Of a DNA stretch of 64,000 nucleotides, positions 36,560 to 49,160 are shown piece by piece. A program made the translations under genes and the position numbers. A model generated the notes under the pieces. The model had not been told where the DNA came from. It saw only the letters and a list, made by a program, of their open reading frames with translations, and made no database searches. This DNA comes from Lama glama (taxonomy: Eukaryota): assembly GCA_028534125.1 (NCBI GenBank), contig CM052818.1, positions 22,446,001 to 22,510,000 on the forward strand, written 5' to 3'. Positions within the stretch are counted from its first letter, which is position 1. Each line of letters opens with the position of its first letter.

Positions 36560-36720
36560 GTGGGACGGGTCACAGGGCTGGAGTCAGACTGCCTCTGCTC
36601 TGCTGTTTCCCAACTCTGGGACTTGGACAGGTGACCGACTTGAGCCTCCGTTTTCTCTGTTGTCAGACGGGGGAGTCACAGCACCCAGCTCACAGGGCTG
36701 TTTAGGATGACGGACCGAGT
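36560..36720 (+). mobile_element. MIR SINE
   Basis: GGCTGGAGTCAGACTGCC...GAGCCTCCGTTTTCTC...CTCACAGGGCTGTT. Confidence 0.6.
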
Positions 36721-37431
36721 TCCCTTACACTTACAAACAGCAGCAAGAGCTGGTGCTGCTGTAAACAGCATCGCTCTCCCTCTCTCTCTCCTCTCCCTCT
36801 TCCCCTCTGCCGCTCGAGATGCACGAGATGCCCATCAGCTCATCCCTTCCTCCTTGGTTCCGGCTGAGCCCCTCTGATGTGGCTTAGGAGTGGATGGTGC
36901 TGGACTCACCCAGAGCAGAAACCAGGGGTGGTCTGACCAGGGCTAGGGGTCCTCACCTTCTTCTCTCTGGCCTAGAAGGTGTCAACCCCAGCATCCTCTC
37001 TGGCTGGCATTTTCCATCAGAGGGTCTCAGGAGGGGGTCTGTGGCCACGTGCTGAAGGGATGGGGACGCTGGATCTAAGAGTCCAGCTCTGTCCTCCTCA
37101 GGGAACCTCACACCTTCATTCTTCTTCTCTCCATCCTCCATCTCCTTTCTTTTTAGGGTAAACGTGTTTCTCCTCCCCTCCTCGTCCTTCTGGAGGGTCA
37201 GAACTTGGAGGGTGGCAGCCACCCTGGGCTGGACCCTTTCAGAACCTCACTTAATTCTGGGTTCAGGGAGCAGTGGGGGAGGCATTGGGCTTCTTTGATC
37301 TTCACCCAAGGCCAGGACCCTCTCCTCCCCTGGCCCCAGGTGAGCCCCACCTGATGCTGGGAGAGGCCGAGGCCCCAGCCCCGAGTGCCCTCCATCCGGC
37401 TGGCCGGAGGGGCCCTGTCACTGGGCACCTG

Positions 37432-37444
37432 GTCAATGATTAAC
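37432..37444. promoter_or_regulatory. HNF1 motif
   Basis: GTCAATGATTAAC, one mismatch from the consensus GTTAATNATTAAC. Confidence 0.4.
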
Positions 37445-39995
37445 ACTGAGCAAACTCAGGCCGGCAGGCCTCCCAGCAGGGTCAGGACCAGACAAAGGCC
37501 CTGCTGTCTCCCTGAGCTGCCATCTTGGTGGGGGCTGACCGGCCGGCCAGTCACCCCACGGTGGCAACACCCCTGCCTGCAGCAGGGCGCTGAAGCGGCA
37601 GCCGCTCAGCCAGGACCTGGGTGGAGATAGGCCCTGGAAGAAGAGGACGATGAGGTGGGGTTTGGCCACAAGCCTGTTTTCAAGCCTTAGCTTCATATTT
37701 GTGAGCAAGCCTAGGATGGGGGCTGAGGAGACAAGGGCTTGCTGTGGGGCTCCCCACGTGGGTGCTTCTGCAGCCGTTGCCACAGGGCTGGGGGCGGTGA
37801 CCTGCCTCTGAGGGCAGCTCTCAGCCCCCTCCTTTCTCCTTCCTTCTCCCCACCTCCCCTTCCTTCCTTAGGAAGCCTGTTGAGTGTCTTCTGTGTGCCA
37901 GGTCCTTCCTTAGTGTCCCCCATCTCTCCCCATCCCGCCAAACTTCCGCTCCTTCCAGTGCCTTTGCTTGCACTCTTCTTATAATCTTGGAAACCCTTCC
38001 TTTTTCTCCATCTGAAGCTCCTTCCTCCTCCAATAAGTCCTCCTTGAGCCCACCCTGATCCCATCCCCGGGGTTCCTCTTACACTGAAGCTCTTATCTCT
38101 TCATGCATGTGCTGCCTCCCCAGCTGCACCATAAGCTCCTTGGGGACTGGGAGCCATGACTCTCCCCTCCCCCAACCCTGGGCAATGAGCACCGTTAGTA
38201 GGTTTATCACCAATGTCACCCTCAGCCACAAATCAAGCAAGAAGCTACTTTCTTGCAGAACAGCAACTCAGGAGACAACTTTTACACCAGTAAAAAATTC
38301 CAGATCCACAGCAGAGTCCCAGAGCTGGCCTTGCGAGCCCAGACCTCCCTCCAGTTGGCTGCCCAATATGTCTGGGAACTCTTTATCATCATCCCCTTCC
38401 TCCCCAACTTCCAGCCCAGCCAGTATGCAGCCTGGTTTGGGAACAGACGAGGACATTCCTGGCTGACCCTTATGACTGCCCACCAGATCCAGCCCTAAGT
38501 GCAGCCCCACAGCCACTGCCGGGGTGCCGCAGGCATCCTTTCCCGAGCCAATGACATCCTCTTCTTGCCTGGCGATCTTGTCCTCTCTTCTCCAATATCC
38601 TTTCATCTCTCCCCTCTGTTCACACTTCCTCCCTCCCAGCCTCCTTAAGCACCAACCCACCTGCCCCTGCCCAGCTGCACGGTGAAAAGAGCTCACATGC
38701 AACACATGGACCCACCACTGCCTGCGCTACACCCACCACCTGAAAGTTCTAGGTGAACCAGAAGCCGTGAGAGGGCGGCCCATCCTCGGGAAGATTAAGG
38801 GTGGCAAATTGGCTGTTTATTTAAGGCTGAAATAGAATGGGTCTATAGGGACACACAGCCCCACATACCTCCACCTGAGGTTAGAAAGTGGGTGGCAGTT
38901 TGGGGACTGGTGGTGTCCAAGCTGGGCACGAGGGAGTGAGCATCTTTTGCTACCAGGTGGCCCTTCTTTCAAATATCTTTCCTTATTGTCCTACAGGGGT
39001 CCTCATTCTTATCAAACCAATGACGCCAATTTAGAGGCTAAAAAACATGGCAGCTATCCTTAAGGAATACAGGATTGGGGAGTGGCAGGTGGGGAGCTGT
39101 GTGTTCCAGGCAGGGATCAGCCAACACACATACCTCTTAGCCCTGCTGTGCCCTTGTGTCCCTAAGACCCCATGCTAAGGTCTCTGGGGTCCCCTTGGAA
39201 GTTCCCCTGGCGGACTCCCCTTAGTCCTGCCGCAGGCATCCTTGCTTCCACGGCCCATTGCCCTCCTCCAAGTTCATGCACCGCCCAGGCCAGCTCCACC
39301 AGCGCCAGCTGATACCTACTCTTTGCTGCAAGTGCACAGGCCCCCATCCCAAGCACAGGAAAGGAAGAAGGGAGGAGAGAAGGGGCTCTTGAGGTTTTCT
39401 TTCTTGACTAAAAGCCTAGCGATTAGGAGATACAAGGTGTGTTCATCAGCAGAAGGCTCCTTGCCACACTGAAAGCTGCTGTAATTTATTTTGTCAATCA
39501 TTCATACAGAGCAAACACTCTCTACCCTTCCCCTCCTGCCACTGTCAAACAAACCTGGCAGCCCCCTGGTAGCCTCCTCCACTGGCTAGGGGCATCGAGC
39601 ACCTCCTGAAGACATACATAAGATACGAGCAAGCCCTTGGGGGCCGCCCAGGGAAGACCCCACAGTGACATTCCCATGGGCCTTGGAGTTCCCTTATTCT
39701 GTGATGCCTCAAAGTGAACCAGCGCACCAGACACTTGGAGGAGGGGGCGGGGGGGGGGACAGCAAGGGAGGCAGGGACAGAGGACAGAGGGAGGAAGAGG
39801 CTGGGGATGGGGTGAGTGGAGCAGGTACACAAGAGTTGAGGGGTCCAGGGAGCAGCAGGCCCTCCAGAAAGCAGGACTGGGGCACCCGCCCACCCATGTC
39901 TGAGTGGCTCCCAGCACAGGCTCCTGGGCCCTCCCGCTCCCATGGAGAGTTTCCTGGCCAGCTCCCTCTGGCCCCTCAGTCACCAATCCCAGCAC

Positions 39996-40015
39996 GATGG
40001 CGCCATCTGCTGTGA
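39996..40015 (-). promoter_or_regulatory. CTCF motif
   Basis: Minus strand reads ACAGCAGATGGCGC versus consensus CCASYAGRKGGCRS (one mismatch). Confidence 0.55.
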
Positions 40016-40689
40016 GGAGGGAGCGGAACAGTTTATTCCATGGAAAGGTGTGAGAATTTGGGGTGGGGGTAACTCCCATCTCAGGGATCTAGCCCTGCTT
40101 GTGGTCTGTAGGAAATAGCCTTCAGTATGGGGTCATCTCCCATCACCCCTAGGTGTCTCTCAGGGGGCCACTGCTCTGGATGGTGAGATTCCTTCCTTCC
40201 CTCACTTCCCAAGTCCCCACACTGCTACTGAGGCCCACCTGGAGGGGGCTGGAGCCCTGCCCAGGTCTCTTGTCTTTGACTGGACCTCTCCTCTCTGATC
40301 CCAGCCCAGTCCCTCCTTTCCTTGGGCTGCTCTGTGGCCACAGCCCCTGAGCACTCCCCAACTCACAGGCCCACATCAGGCCCTCACCACCTTGCAGATA
40401 AAGGCCAGGTTCTAGCAGACTGAGCATCCCTCTGGGAGGAGGGCAGCAGACTGGGGGAGGGGCTGGCTGGGTCAGGGTGGAGCCAGCTGCTGGGGCCACC
40501 AGGGCTTCTGAAGCAGAGGGCAGGGCTCAGTGCGAGCCTGAGTAGTTCCTCTGCGAGGAGCTGAGACCAGCTGAGAGGGGCTGTGGCCACCCAGCCTCTA
40601 GGCCGGTGTGGGGACTGCTCAGTCTCCTAAAGGCCTCTCAGACATGTCCTCTCCTTTCTACCCCTGCTTCCCCTCCGGTACACAGAGCC

Positions 40690-41208
40690 CAAGTTAGTGC
40701 CCTCTCCTCCTGGACCCTCCTTCTCCAGATCATCGTCCCTATCGCCTGGATAATCTTTCTAAATTTCCAAGCAGATCCCTTCCTGCCTCTGCCTAAATTC
40801 CTGCAGAATCTCCCAGTTGTCTTCTGGAAGAAATTCAGACCACCCCACCCGGAGGGCAGGGCCACATCTCTTCCAGCCCCTCCAGCTTCATCTCTCGACA
40901 CTGTTCCAGCCGCCTGGGTGCCAGGGAGGCCTCGTGCTCTGCCACACCTGGGCCTGTGAATTCATTGTTTCCCAGCCTAGAACACCGTCCCTTGCTTGGC
41001 TTATTCCTCCTCCCCATCAAGAAGTAACTCAGATCTCACCTCCCGTGAGAAGCCTTTCCCGGCCCTCCCTAGGAAGGCCTGCTTCTCATGTACAAACAGC
41101 CCTTAAATTTTGAGCTCACCAAGGACACGGACCTGGCCTCTGTAGCAAGCAGGCATGCAGGAATGAATGAATGAGTAAATGAATGAGTGAATGAATGAAT
41201 GAATGAAT
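40690..41208 (+). mobile_element. L2 LINE 3' region ending in an (AATG)n tail
   Basis: Pyrimidine-rich L2 body plus GAATGAATGAATGAGTAAATGAATGAGTGAATGAATG at 41160-41208. Confidence 0.7.
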
Positions 41209-41699
41209 CTGTAGCCAGGGATGACAGCCAGGAAAATGGCATGCTGGACAACAGAGGACCATGTGGTCCTCGGGTTCCTGCCCTCCCCCTCCCTCTGAGC
41301 CCTGCCCCTCTCTTGACCACTCCCTTCCTTGCCTCACTTCAAAGTCCCTCCGGGGCCCTACCCTTGCCCCCAGGAGTCCCCTGGCCTCCTCTCTCCAGTC
41401 TCAGAGTGGCTCCCTCCACACACCCCTGGTTGTCCAGTGAATAGGAATCAGCCCCCTCACTTGGCCAGGCCTTTCAGGTTTCCCCATCTCACCAGTTTGC
41501 AGGTACTGGGCCTTCTTCCACAAGGAAGAGCCACTTGGAGCAGGACAAGAAGGCAGGATTTTTCTGCCTATTCCCAAAAAGCCTCCTGCCATCTGACTAG
41601 GCAGCCCACTTTGTCCTCAGAAAGCCCACATCACTTCACTTAGACCTCAGACGCTGTGTTCTGTGGTAGGGACACTTTCCTACCCTGCAATACCATAAC

Positions 41700-42032
41700 A
41701 TTTTACTCTGGAGGAAACCACCATCATGTCCTGAGGTCACTCAAAGCAGCCCTAGAGAGAGATCCGGAAGGTGAAGAACTGAGACCCCCGCCAATGGCCA
41801 GCACCAACTTGGCAGGCATGTCTTGGAATCAGATCCACCAGCCTCAGTTGAGCCTTCAGATGACCACAGCCCAGGCCAACACAGTGACTGCAGCCTCACA
41901 AGAGACCCTGAGCCAGAAACTCCCTGCTAAGCTGTTTCCAAATTCCTGAGCCACAGGAAGCATATGAGATAGCATACGTTTATTCAACTAAATTTTAGAT
42001 TCATTACTTATGAGCAATAGGTAATTCATATA
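41700..42032 (+). mobile_element. MaLR LTR, MLT1F-like
   Basis: GCCAGCACCAACTTGGCAGGCATG...GCCTTCAGATGACCACAGCCC...GACTGCAGCCTCACAAGAGACCCTGAGCCAGAA...CTAAGCTG...AAATTCCTGA. Confidence 0.85.
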
Positions 42033-43949
42033 GATTGGATGATTTTATGATTCTCAACTCCCGGCAAGAGCAAAATACACAGTGAGCTTCAGGGAAGAGT
42101 CTGATGAATGCAACTGAAAGTACACAACTGCCCCAGCAAACTTGTACAGACAATATTGCAGTGGGGCTGAAACTCACACATACCTACCCGGATGGGTCAA
42201 ACCAGCATCATTCTTAACTTTTCTTGTACTCTTCTCATCTCAATCTGGTCATTCCTACTATTGACAGGTTAAAAACACACACACAAATAAAAACTTCAAC
42301 TTGACTTTTAGAGGTATCTCAATTTCTGTATGTTTAACTCAGTCTCTTTTGAGTAAAACTCCTTAGTTTTCCAAGACTTTCTTACCCTTCTCCCTTCTCC
42401 CAGCTAAGGTAATTTCCTGGTGCAGAGAGATGTTTATGGACCTTGTGGTGGTGGGAAGAAGAGGGTCCAAAGTCTGAGTGGAGCCCCCCACATCCTTCTA
42501 CACACACAGGTGGGACAGGGCTGGTTCTGCCTGGTCCCTGGGGCTCATGGATGGGGGTGGGGAGGGGTGATGCTGAGGTGTGTGGTCCCTGCACGTGGCT
42601 AGTGGTGCAGATCTTCTCTCTGTGGCCCCTGGGACCTAAGACCACCTGGCCACATTCCTCCTAACCACACCAGAATAAGCGATGTTCCAGGAAGCCACTT
42701 CCCAGACCTGCTTCCTTAAGCCATTTCAAACCACCTCCTGGTTGGCACCATCTTGAATTGCTGCTTTGCTTAAAGGGGGTATGTCACTAAAGTTTCCTCC
42801 CTGCTGCAATCTGAGTCAAGCCCCACCCACCCCCTTGCAGCAAGATCTTCCCTCAAACCTGCGGGGGTTTCTCATACACTGTCCCCCAAGGCTGAAGAAT
42901 GGCGCTGCCTTCTTGCTTTTCATGTTCTCTCTTACTTGGGTCCCCTTTCTGGTCCTATTGGTGTCAGCAGCAGCTTTTCTGCATCATGTCTGCTTCACCC
43001 CTGCTTGAAGCCTTGCTTTGAACCCCCCTCCAGTTCGCTGGGCTATGGGCCTCACTAGGAAGGGCTGCAGGGAAACAGGAACCACAGGGAAATGAAAACA
43101 CCTGCACGCAGAGACCCACAGACAGCGGACGCCAGGACCCCTGCACATGAAGGCCGCCAGCACAGACACCCTGGGGTGACGTTCAGGGATTGCTCAGCGT
43201 CACCACAGGAGAGCCACCCCCACCTGGATGGTTCCTCCTCCCTCTCAGATCGTTCTTCTCACCCTACCTCTCAAAGGCCTTGGGAGGGAGGCAGAGAGGA
43301 GGGAGCTATACCTCTATCCGGATCTTCCTAAAGATAAAAATCTGGAGATGCCCTCGAGCGAGCAGACTCACAGCTTAGCCTCCTGCCCCTTGGGGGCTCT
43401 TGCCTGTGCATCTAGACAGTTTCCACCGCAGAGCCCCAAACCCCTCCGCCAGCTGCTCCGAGACTTTTCTCTCTGATCTCCCAGTGGCTCCTCCAATTCA
43501 GCCCGTCCCAAGCTGACTCATCCTCTTCCTCAAAACGGCCTGCTCCCCTTTCCCCAAACACACATGGCTCTGGTCCTGGTTCTCCCTGAGCAGGTCTCAT
43601 CCCTCACTCCCCCTTCCACTGCACGGGGTCAGGCCCTCATTTTCTGCTTTCCCCTCTGGGTCTCCTCTGTCCACCTCCCTCCAAGCCCTTCATGGGGACC
43701 GCAGGACTTTTCCTAATGGGAAATTCGGTCTTAAGGCCCCAGGTTTAAATTCCTTCCGGAACTCCCCAGTGCCCACAGGATAACACCCTTCGGCAGAGTG
43801 GCAGGCCTCTTCCAGAACTGGCCTTCCCGGCTCTTCTGCTTTGGCCGTGATGAGCTACTTCACCGGTCCCCAAACGGGCCTGGCTCTCTCTGGATTTGGC
43901 CCCTGCCACACACAGTGTCAGAATGTGCTCACCCTCTTGAGTGCCTGCT

Positions 43950-44720
43950 GAACGGCTCACTTTTCAAGATCCTGCTTGAGTCACATCCCCAGGAACAGCA
44001 TCCTTAGTCAGAGTTAATCATTCCCTTCTCCACGTTACCCGTTACCATGATACCGTATTCCGGTTTCTCCCGGGTGCCTCTCCCATCCTCTGCCGCGCAG
44101 CCTGGCTGCAGCCCCACCGCCTCCCACCTGGATTGCTGTAGATGTCTCCCAACCAGTCCCCCTGCCCTTGCCTTTGTTCCTTCCAGGCTACTGTGGACAC
44201 AACAGCTCAAGCAGTCCTCTGAAAAAGCCAGTCAATACACATCCCTCTGCCCAAAACCATCCAGCACTTCCTGCCTCAGGCACCATAAAATCTAAAATCC
44301 TGTAGTGACCTAGGCAATCCTGCTTACCGCTGGACCTCCATTCCCACTTCCCTTTCCCTCTCCACCTCACACACACTGCCTTCCTTGTTGCTTTTGAACA
44401 CCCCAGGCCCCCTCCTGCCCCTTTGCACGTCCCCCAGAAACCCATTCTCATCTCCTCCATCAGCTTCAAGCCTTTGCTCCAGTCTTACCTTCTTAGGGAA
44501 GCCCACCTCCCTGCCCTGTCAACACTAAGACCAGCTCCCAACCTCCGGATCCCCCTCACCTGCTCCATTTTCCTTTCTTCTCATAATATCTTTCACATTT
44601 TAAACATGCTATTTAACTTATTTTTTTATTTTTATATTCTGTCTCCCCTTCCAAAACTGTCTATTTTGACTACTAGATCCCATGAGCCTAGATTAGTGCT
44701 GACATAGGGTGCCCACTCTC
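43950..44720 (+). mobile_element. L2 LINE fragments
   Basis: CTCCCACCTGGATTGCTGTAG...CACACTGCCTTCCTTGTTGCTTTTGAACAC...CTTCTTAGGGAAGCCC; a further L2 tail (AATG)n lies at 44800-44915. Confidence 0.75.
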
Positions 44721-45814
44721 CACTCAGTAATGAAAGAGTCAATCAATCCATCAATCAAAGCTACTTATCGGTGGGCTCCCTCAGCAGTCAGTGAAGTCCC
44801 AGAGATTGAATCTTTGTTCAGTCACCTCTGGATTCTCAGGGCTTAGCCCACTGCCCTGGCCACAGTGGGTGTACAAGAACCATTTACTGAATGAACGAAT
44901 GAATGAATGAATGAATGGAGCCCTGCCCCTTTGGCTGAGGGAGAAAAGCAGGGGCCTTTGCAGATCAGAGACCCCACCCACCCACACAAACGATACCATT
45001 GCCACATTATTCCTGGCTCCTCCTGTGCCAGGACCTCACTTCCTCCAGAGTCCTGTCTCAGCCCTTTCTCTGGGGGTTCAGGCCCGACTGGCTGTTTGTT
45101 TAGAGGAAATTGGTAAATTAATCTCCACTCAGGTAAGGCTGCCTGAATACTGCCTAAGACCAAATGCTTTCCTAAAAAGGTTATGCACTGCAATCAGGAA
45201 CAATCCCTTAACCCAAAGGACTGGAGCAAAGCGATGAAGCACCAGGTTGGTGTGAGGCTGTCACAGTTGTCCAGGGCCTGGTCCGAGCCTCAAGCCAGCC
45301 CTGGTAGGGAGGCTGCTGTGCCCTGTACGGGCTGTCTTGCCCTTCCTGGGTGTCCTCCTGAGGACAAGAACTGATGCTCAGCCCTGAACGGAGGAGCAGA
45401 AACTAAACCTGGCACACAGGGTGGGAGCAAGAAGGTACCACAGCCAAGGCTCCGCTCTCCCCCAGCCCCTCCTGTCTCACGCTCCTTCCAGGACCTCAGG
45501 GGCTACCCAGGGGGTAAGGGGTGGGGGTGGGTCTTGGCTCCCCAGGCCTGGATGGACCCCCGATGATGTGGGCCTTGGGGGTTTGGGGCTGTTTTTGTAA
45601 CCACAGTCACGTGTTCCTTCGTGTAACTTGAGCCCCCTGACACGGCATGAGTCTGCATCCCAGCTCCTGAGCCACATCTGCTTTTCATTTCCGCCCCAGG
45701 AAAATGGCCCAATTTCCATGAGTCGCTGGCCCAAACCAAGCCTGGAGCCGCTCAGCGGCCAACCCCACCCAGCTGGGTTCCATTACTGAGGGGGGTGGAG
45801 GCTGAGAGACCATT

Positions 45815-46000
45815 AGAGGCAACGAGTGTATCGTGGAGCTGGATAGGGGCCAGGAGGCCAGAGTGCTCAGGGTGGCTCTGTCAAGACCTCACTGTGTGTC
45901 CTTGGGGGAGTCCCTAACCTCTCTGAGCCTCAGCTGTCTCAGCTTTCTCATGAGTAACACGTGAAGTGTGTTACGCTACTGATGGAGGTATTATTAGGAT
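45815..46000 (+). mobile_element. MIR SINE
   Basis: CTGTGTGTCCTTGGGGGAGTCCCTAACCTCTCTGAGCCTCAG. Confidence 0.7.
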
Positions 46001-47049
46001 TTGGGGACCAAGGTGGCTTTTTATGGATAAAAACAACAGAATTTCCCCAAAAACAGAACTAAGAAGGAAATGGCCTGAAAACAGAACTGCTGGAAGTGGT
46101 CCATGTCAGGAAGCCGCTGGGGCCCAGAGCCACTTTCCCACCTAAGCAATGGAGTGGGCCCCTCACTGGTAGTTTGGTAAAGTTTGGGCCTAATTTCTCA
46201 TGTCGGTGGGCTGACCCTGGTTGACAGTTATCTATTCAGCAGTGAGGGTGTGCCAGGCCCTGGGCAGGGATCAAAAGGCAAAAGTGATAAACACAACTTA
46301 AACTTCTTGTGGTGGTGGGGGTCTTATGAGTAAATAAATACCGTCCAACCCAGCCGAGTGGAGAGGGTAGGGTGAGGCCAGAGGCTGAAAGTAACACACT
46401 CTATTTCTGGTCTTTCAGTGGAGACTCTTAATTGTTAAGATGTTCTTAGCTTGACATTTTTTCCCTAATAAAATCTACAGCAAACTCCATCCTCCTTCCA
46501 ACAAAGATAAGGACCTTAGCACATGCCCTCCGGACACCTTCTCCCATCCTCCACATTCTAAATCCTATATCAGTTCCTTCTATGGGAGTTTGTCAGTGAC
46601 TCCACAAAGGGAAGCCCCACCTCCCATGCCGCCCCTGGGGACCCCCTGGTGCCACCTGCACAGGCCATGCCCCACCATGGCACTGTTTCCTGGGGACTGG
46701 GCAGCACTTGAGCTGAAAGCCACAGAGGGCTGGTGGAGGCAGAGGAGGGTGCCGGGGAGAGACCGGCCCTCAGCTTTGCCCCAGCGCACGGGCACGAACA
46801 GCAGGACAAGAGCACCCCGTGCAGCTTCCGGGGACATTGTGGGGTCCACACCCCGCCCACAGGTCCGTGTCAGCATTAAACCACCACTCTGGGAGGCTCA
46901 TTTTGTAGGTGAGGAGCCTGAGGTTCAGAGAGCCTCTATGACTTGCTCAAGAACAATCTGTCAGTATATCTGGAACCTCATCTTTCTGACCCCAGGCATG
47001 GTGATCTTTGCACCAGCTTGGCGCTACTCTTGGGCACTTACCTTAAAAA

Positions 47050-47420
47050 TCCTAGTCTGTCACTTACTAGGAATGTGACCTTGGGCAAGTTCTCCAAGTC
47101 TCTGTGCTGCACTTTTCAAAATATGTTGTTTAACCCATCAACTTTATTGAGAGATAATTTATACGCAGTCAGTGCACAGAATAAGTGCACAGCTTGGTGA
47201 ATTTTGACAAATGTATACATGCATGTTACAAACCACACAATCAAGGTATAGACCATTGCCCTCACCGCAGAAAGCCCCTCCTTCTGAGCTTGGTTTTCCC
47301 ACCTGTAAAAGGGACAAACAATAGTACCTATCTCCCGGCGCGCTGGGAAGATCGAATGAGGTAATACTGGCAAGATATCTAGCAAGGCACCTGGCGTGAA
47401 GTAAGCATTTGATAAACATG
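47050..47420 (+). mobile_element. MIR SINE interrupted by a minus-strand L1M 3' end (~47125-47275)
   Basis: TGTGACCTTGGGCAAGTT...[CAACTTTATTGAGAGATAATTTATA...TGAATTTTGACAAATGTATACA]...TTTTCCCACCTGTAAAAGGGACAAACAATAGTACCTA. Confidence 0.8.
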
Positions 47421-47724
47421 TGTTGCTTTTATGACCTCGTGCTGCATCTTGCCCCCCCCAGCCCCTCCTTGAAGCTAGGGTAGGGATCAGGGCAGGTGCT
47501 GGGATGGTCTCTCTGAAGCCTCCCCTTCCCCAGCCTGAGGGCGTCAGCCCACCTAAGACTTGGGGTAGATGTCCTGGAGGAGGCTCAAAACCTCTGTCTG
47601 CCTCCAGGAGCCCCTGAGGAGCTGGGGACAGAGGAATGGGCCAGCTTTTACCCTCAGACTGGCCTAGAAGATAGGTCCTCTGTTCTTTTGAGACTTTCCT
47701 ACATCTGTCTCAGGCATTGGGGGC

Positions 47725-47895
47725 GGGGCCAGCTTCAGGAGTTTGCAACCTGTGCTGTCACTCAGGGCCTCGTGCTCAGAATCCCCACACTTGGTTTAAT
47801 GATCTGATGTCACTTCTTGCAATTTTTCATAGTTTTTGAGCAAGGGGCTCCGCATTTTTATTTTGCACTGGGACCCACAAATTCTGTTGCGGGTG
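47725..47895. mobile_element. MER91A hAT-Tip100 DNA transposon
   Basis: GCAACCTGTGCTGTCACTCAGGGCC...CTTGGTTTAATG...GAGCAAGGGGCTCCGCATTTTTATTTTGCACTGGGACCCACAAATT. Confidence 0.8.
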
Positions 47896-48496
47896 GAAAT
47901 GGCGGTGAAGGTAGAGTGAGCTGGTGCCATCACACCCCTGCACGCATGCATGCACGTGCACACACACACACACACACACGGCACACACCCATTCACCATC
48001 TCCATTGTCCCTTCTCTGTTGCTCCCCACAGCAGGGCCCTCAGCCGCCAAGAGGCACCCAGAGAATCTGGCAACCTGCTCGGCCTGGAAACCCCCTTGGG
48101 ACTTCTCCTGCTCACAGGGCCTGCTGGCCAGGCCACCCGAATTCCCATCCTCTGACGGTCCTCTCCAGCCGCCTCCGCCCAACTCCGCAGCTCAAGTGTG
48201 AAACCACAGCTGGGCGCCAGCCAAGGGGGCTTGGGTTTCATCACACTCAACTTCCCACACCTCGGCCGGAGGCCAGGGTCCGATGGGGCTGTTGGCCCAA
48301 GGCCTGGGCTGGAAGGCGGAGTAGGGGGTGGATCCCAGCTCCCCTCCAACCCCAGCTGCCTATGCATCCCAGAGTACCCTCTCTCTCTCGGGCCTCAGTT
48401 TCCCTCCATGCAGTGGGACAGGATTCTGCAGGCCTGGAGCAGATGCCAAGGGTGCAGGGAAGGCAGCCCTCAGAGACAATGGCGTTGAAGGAGATG

Positions 48497-48710
48497 CTAG
48501 AGCTTCCCTGTCCAGTGCAGTGGCCACTAGCAACGTGTGGCTATTTAAATTTAAATTAATTTAAATGAAAAAAATGAAAATTTTAGTTTCTCGCCCACTC
48601 TAGCCACATTTCCAGCGCTTGATAGGGATGTGTGGCTTGTGGCTGCCATACTGGGCAGCACAGACACAGAACATTTTCGTCAACACAGAAAGTTCCGTTG
48701 AGACGTATCT
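48497..48710. mobile_element. MER3 hAT-Charlie DNA transposon
   Basis: GCCACTAGCAACGTGTGGCTATTTAAATTTAAATTAATT...CTAGCCACATTTCCAGCGCT...CACAGAACATTTTCGTCAACACAGAAAGTTC. Confidence 0.85.
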
Positions 48711-49099
48711 GCCAGCTAGGAAAACCAAGCTGCTGGGAATGTTGGTAGCTTTACTGACCCCAGGTTTGAGGAGCTGGGGGCAGAGGTCTATGGATGGAAA
48801 CATTTGAGAAATGCTCTGGATCTCAAGAGTAAGGAGGTGGACACGCCATAAGGGGGAATCAGGAGTCAACCTCCAGGGGCACAGAAACTCTCCAAAGGCA
48901 GCTTTAACTCCCCTGTCCTGGAGTGGAGAGTGGATTTCTGGGCCCTCACTGAGTGACTCGAGGCCCTAGAGAGGGAGGCAATGGCCAAAGCAGGTGTCTG
49001 TCCTAGCAAAGTGCTCCCGGCCCCATTTCCAAGTGGGAAATGGGCATCATTCACTCCAGCCTCACCTCTAGGCCTGAGGAGGACTAACATGCTCTGGAA

Positions 49100-49160
49100 C
49101 CGTGGTTCTCGGACTTGAGCCTGCCTCGGAATCACCTGCAAGCTTGTTGAACCGCAGATA
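49100..49160. mobile_element. MER5A fragment
   Basis: CGTGGTTCTCGGACTTGAGCCTGCCTCGGAATCACCTGCAAGCTTGTTGAACCGCAGAT. Confidence 0.6.
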
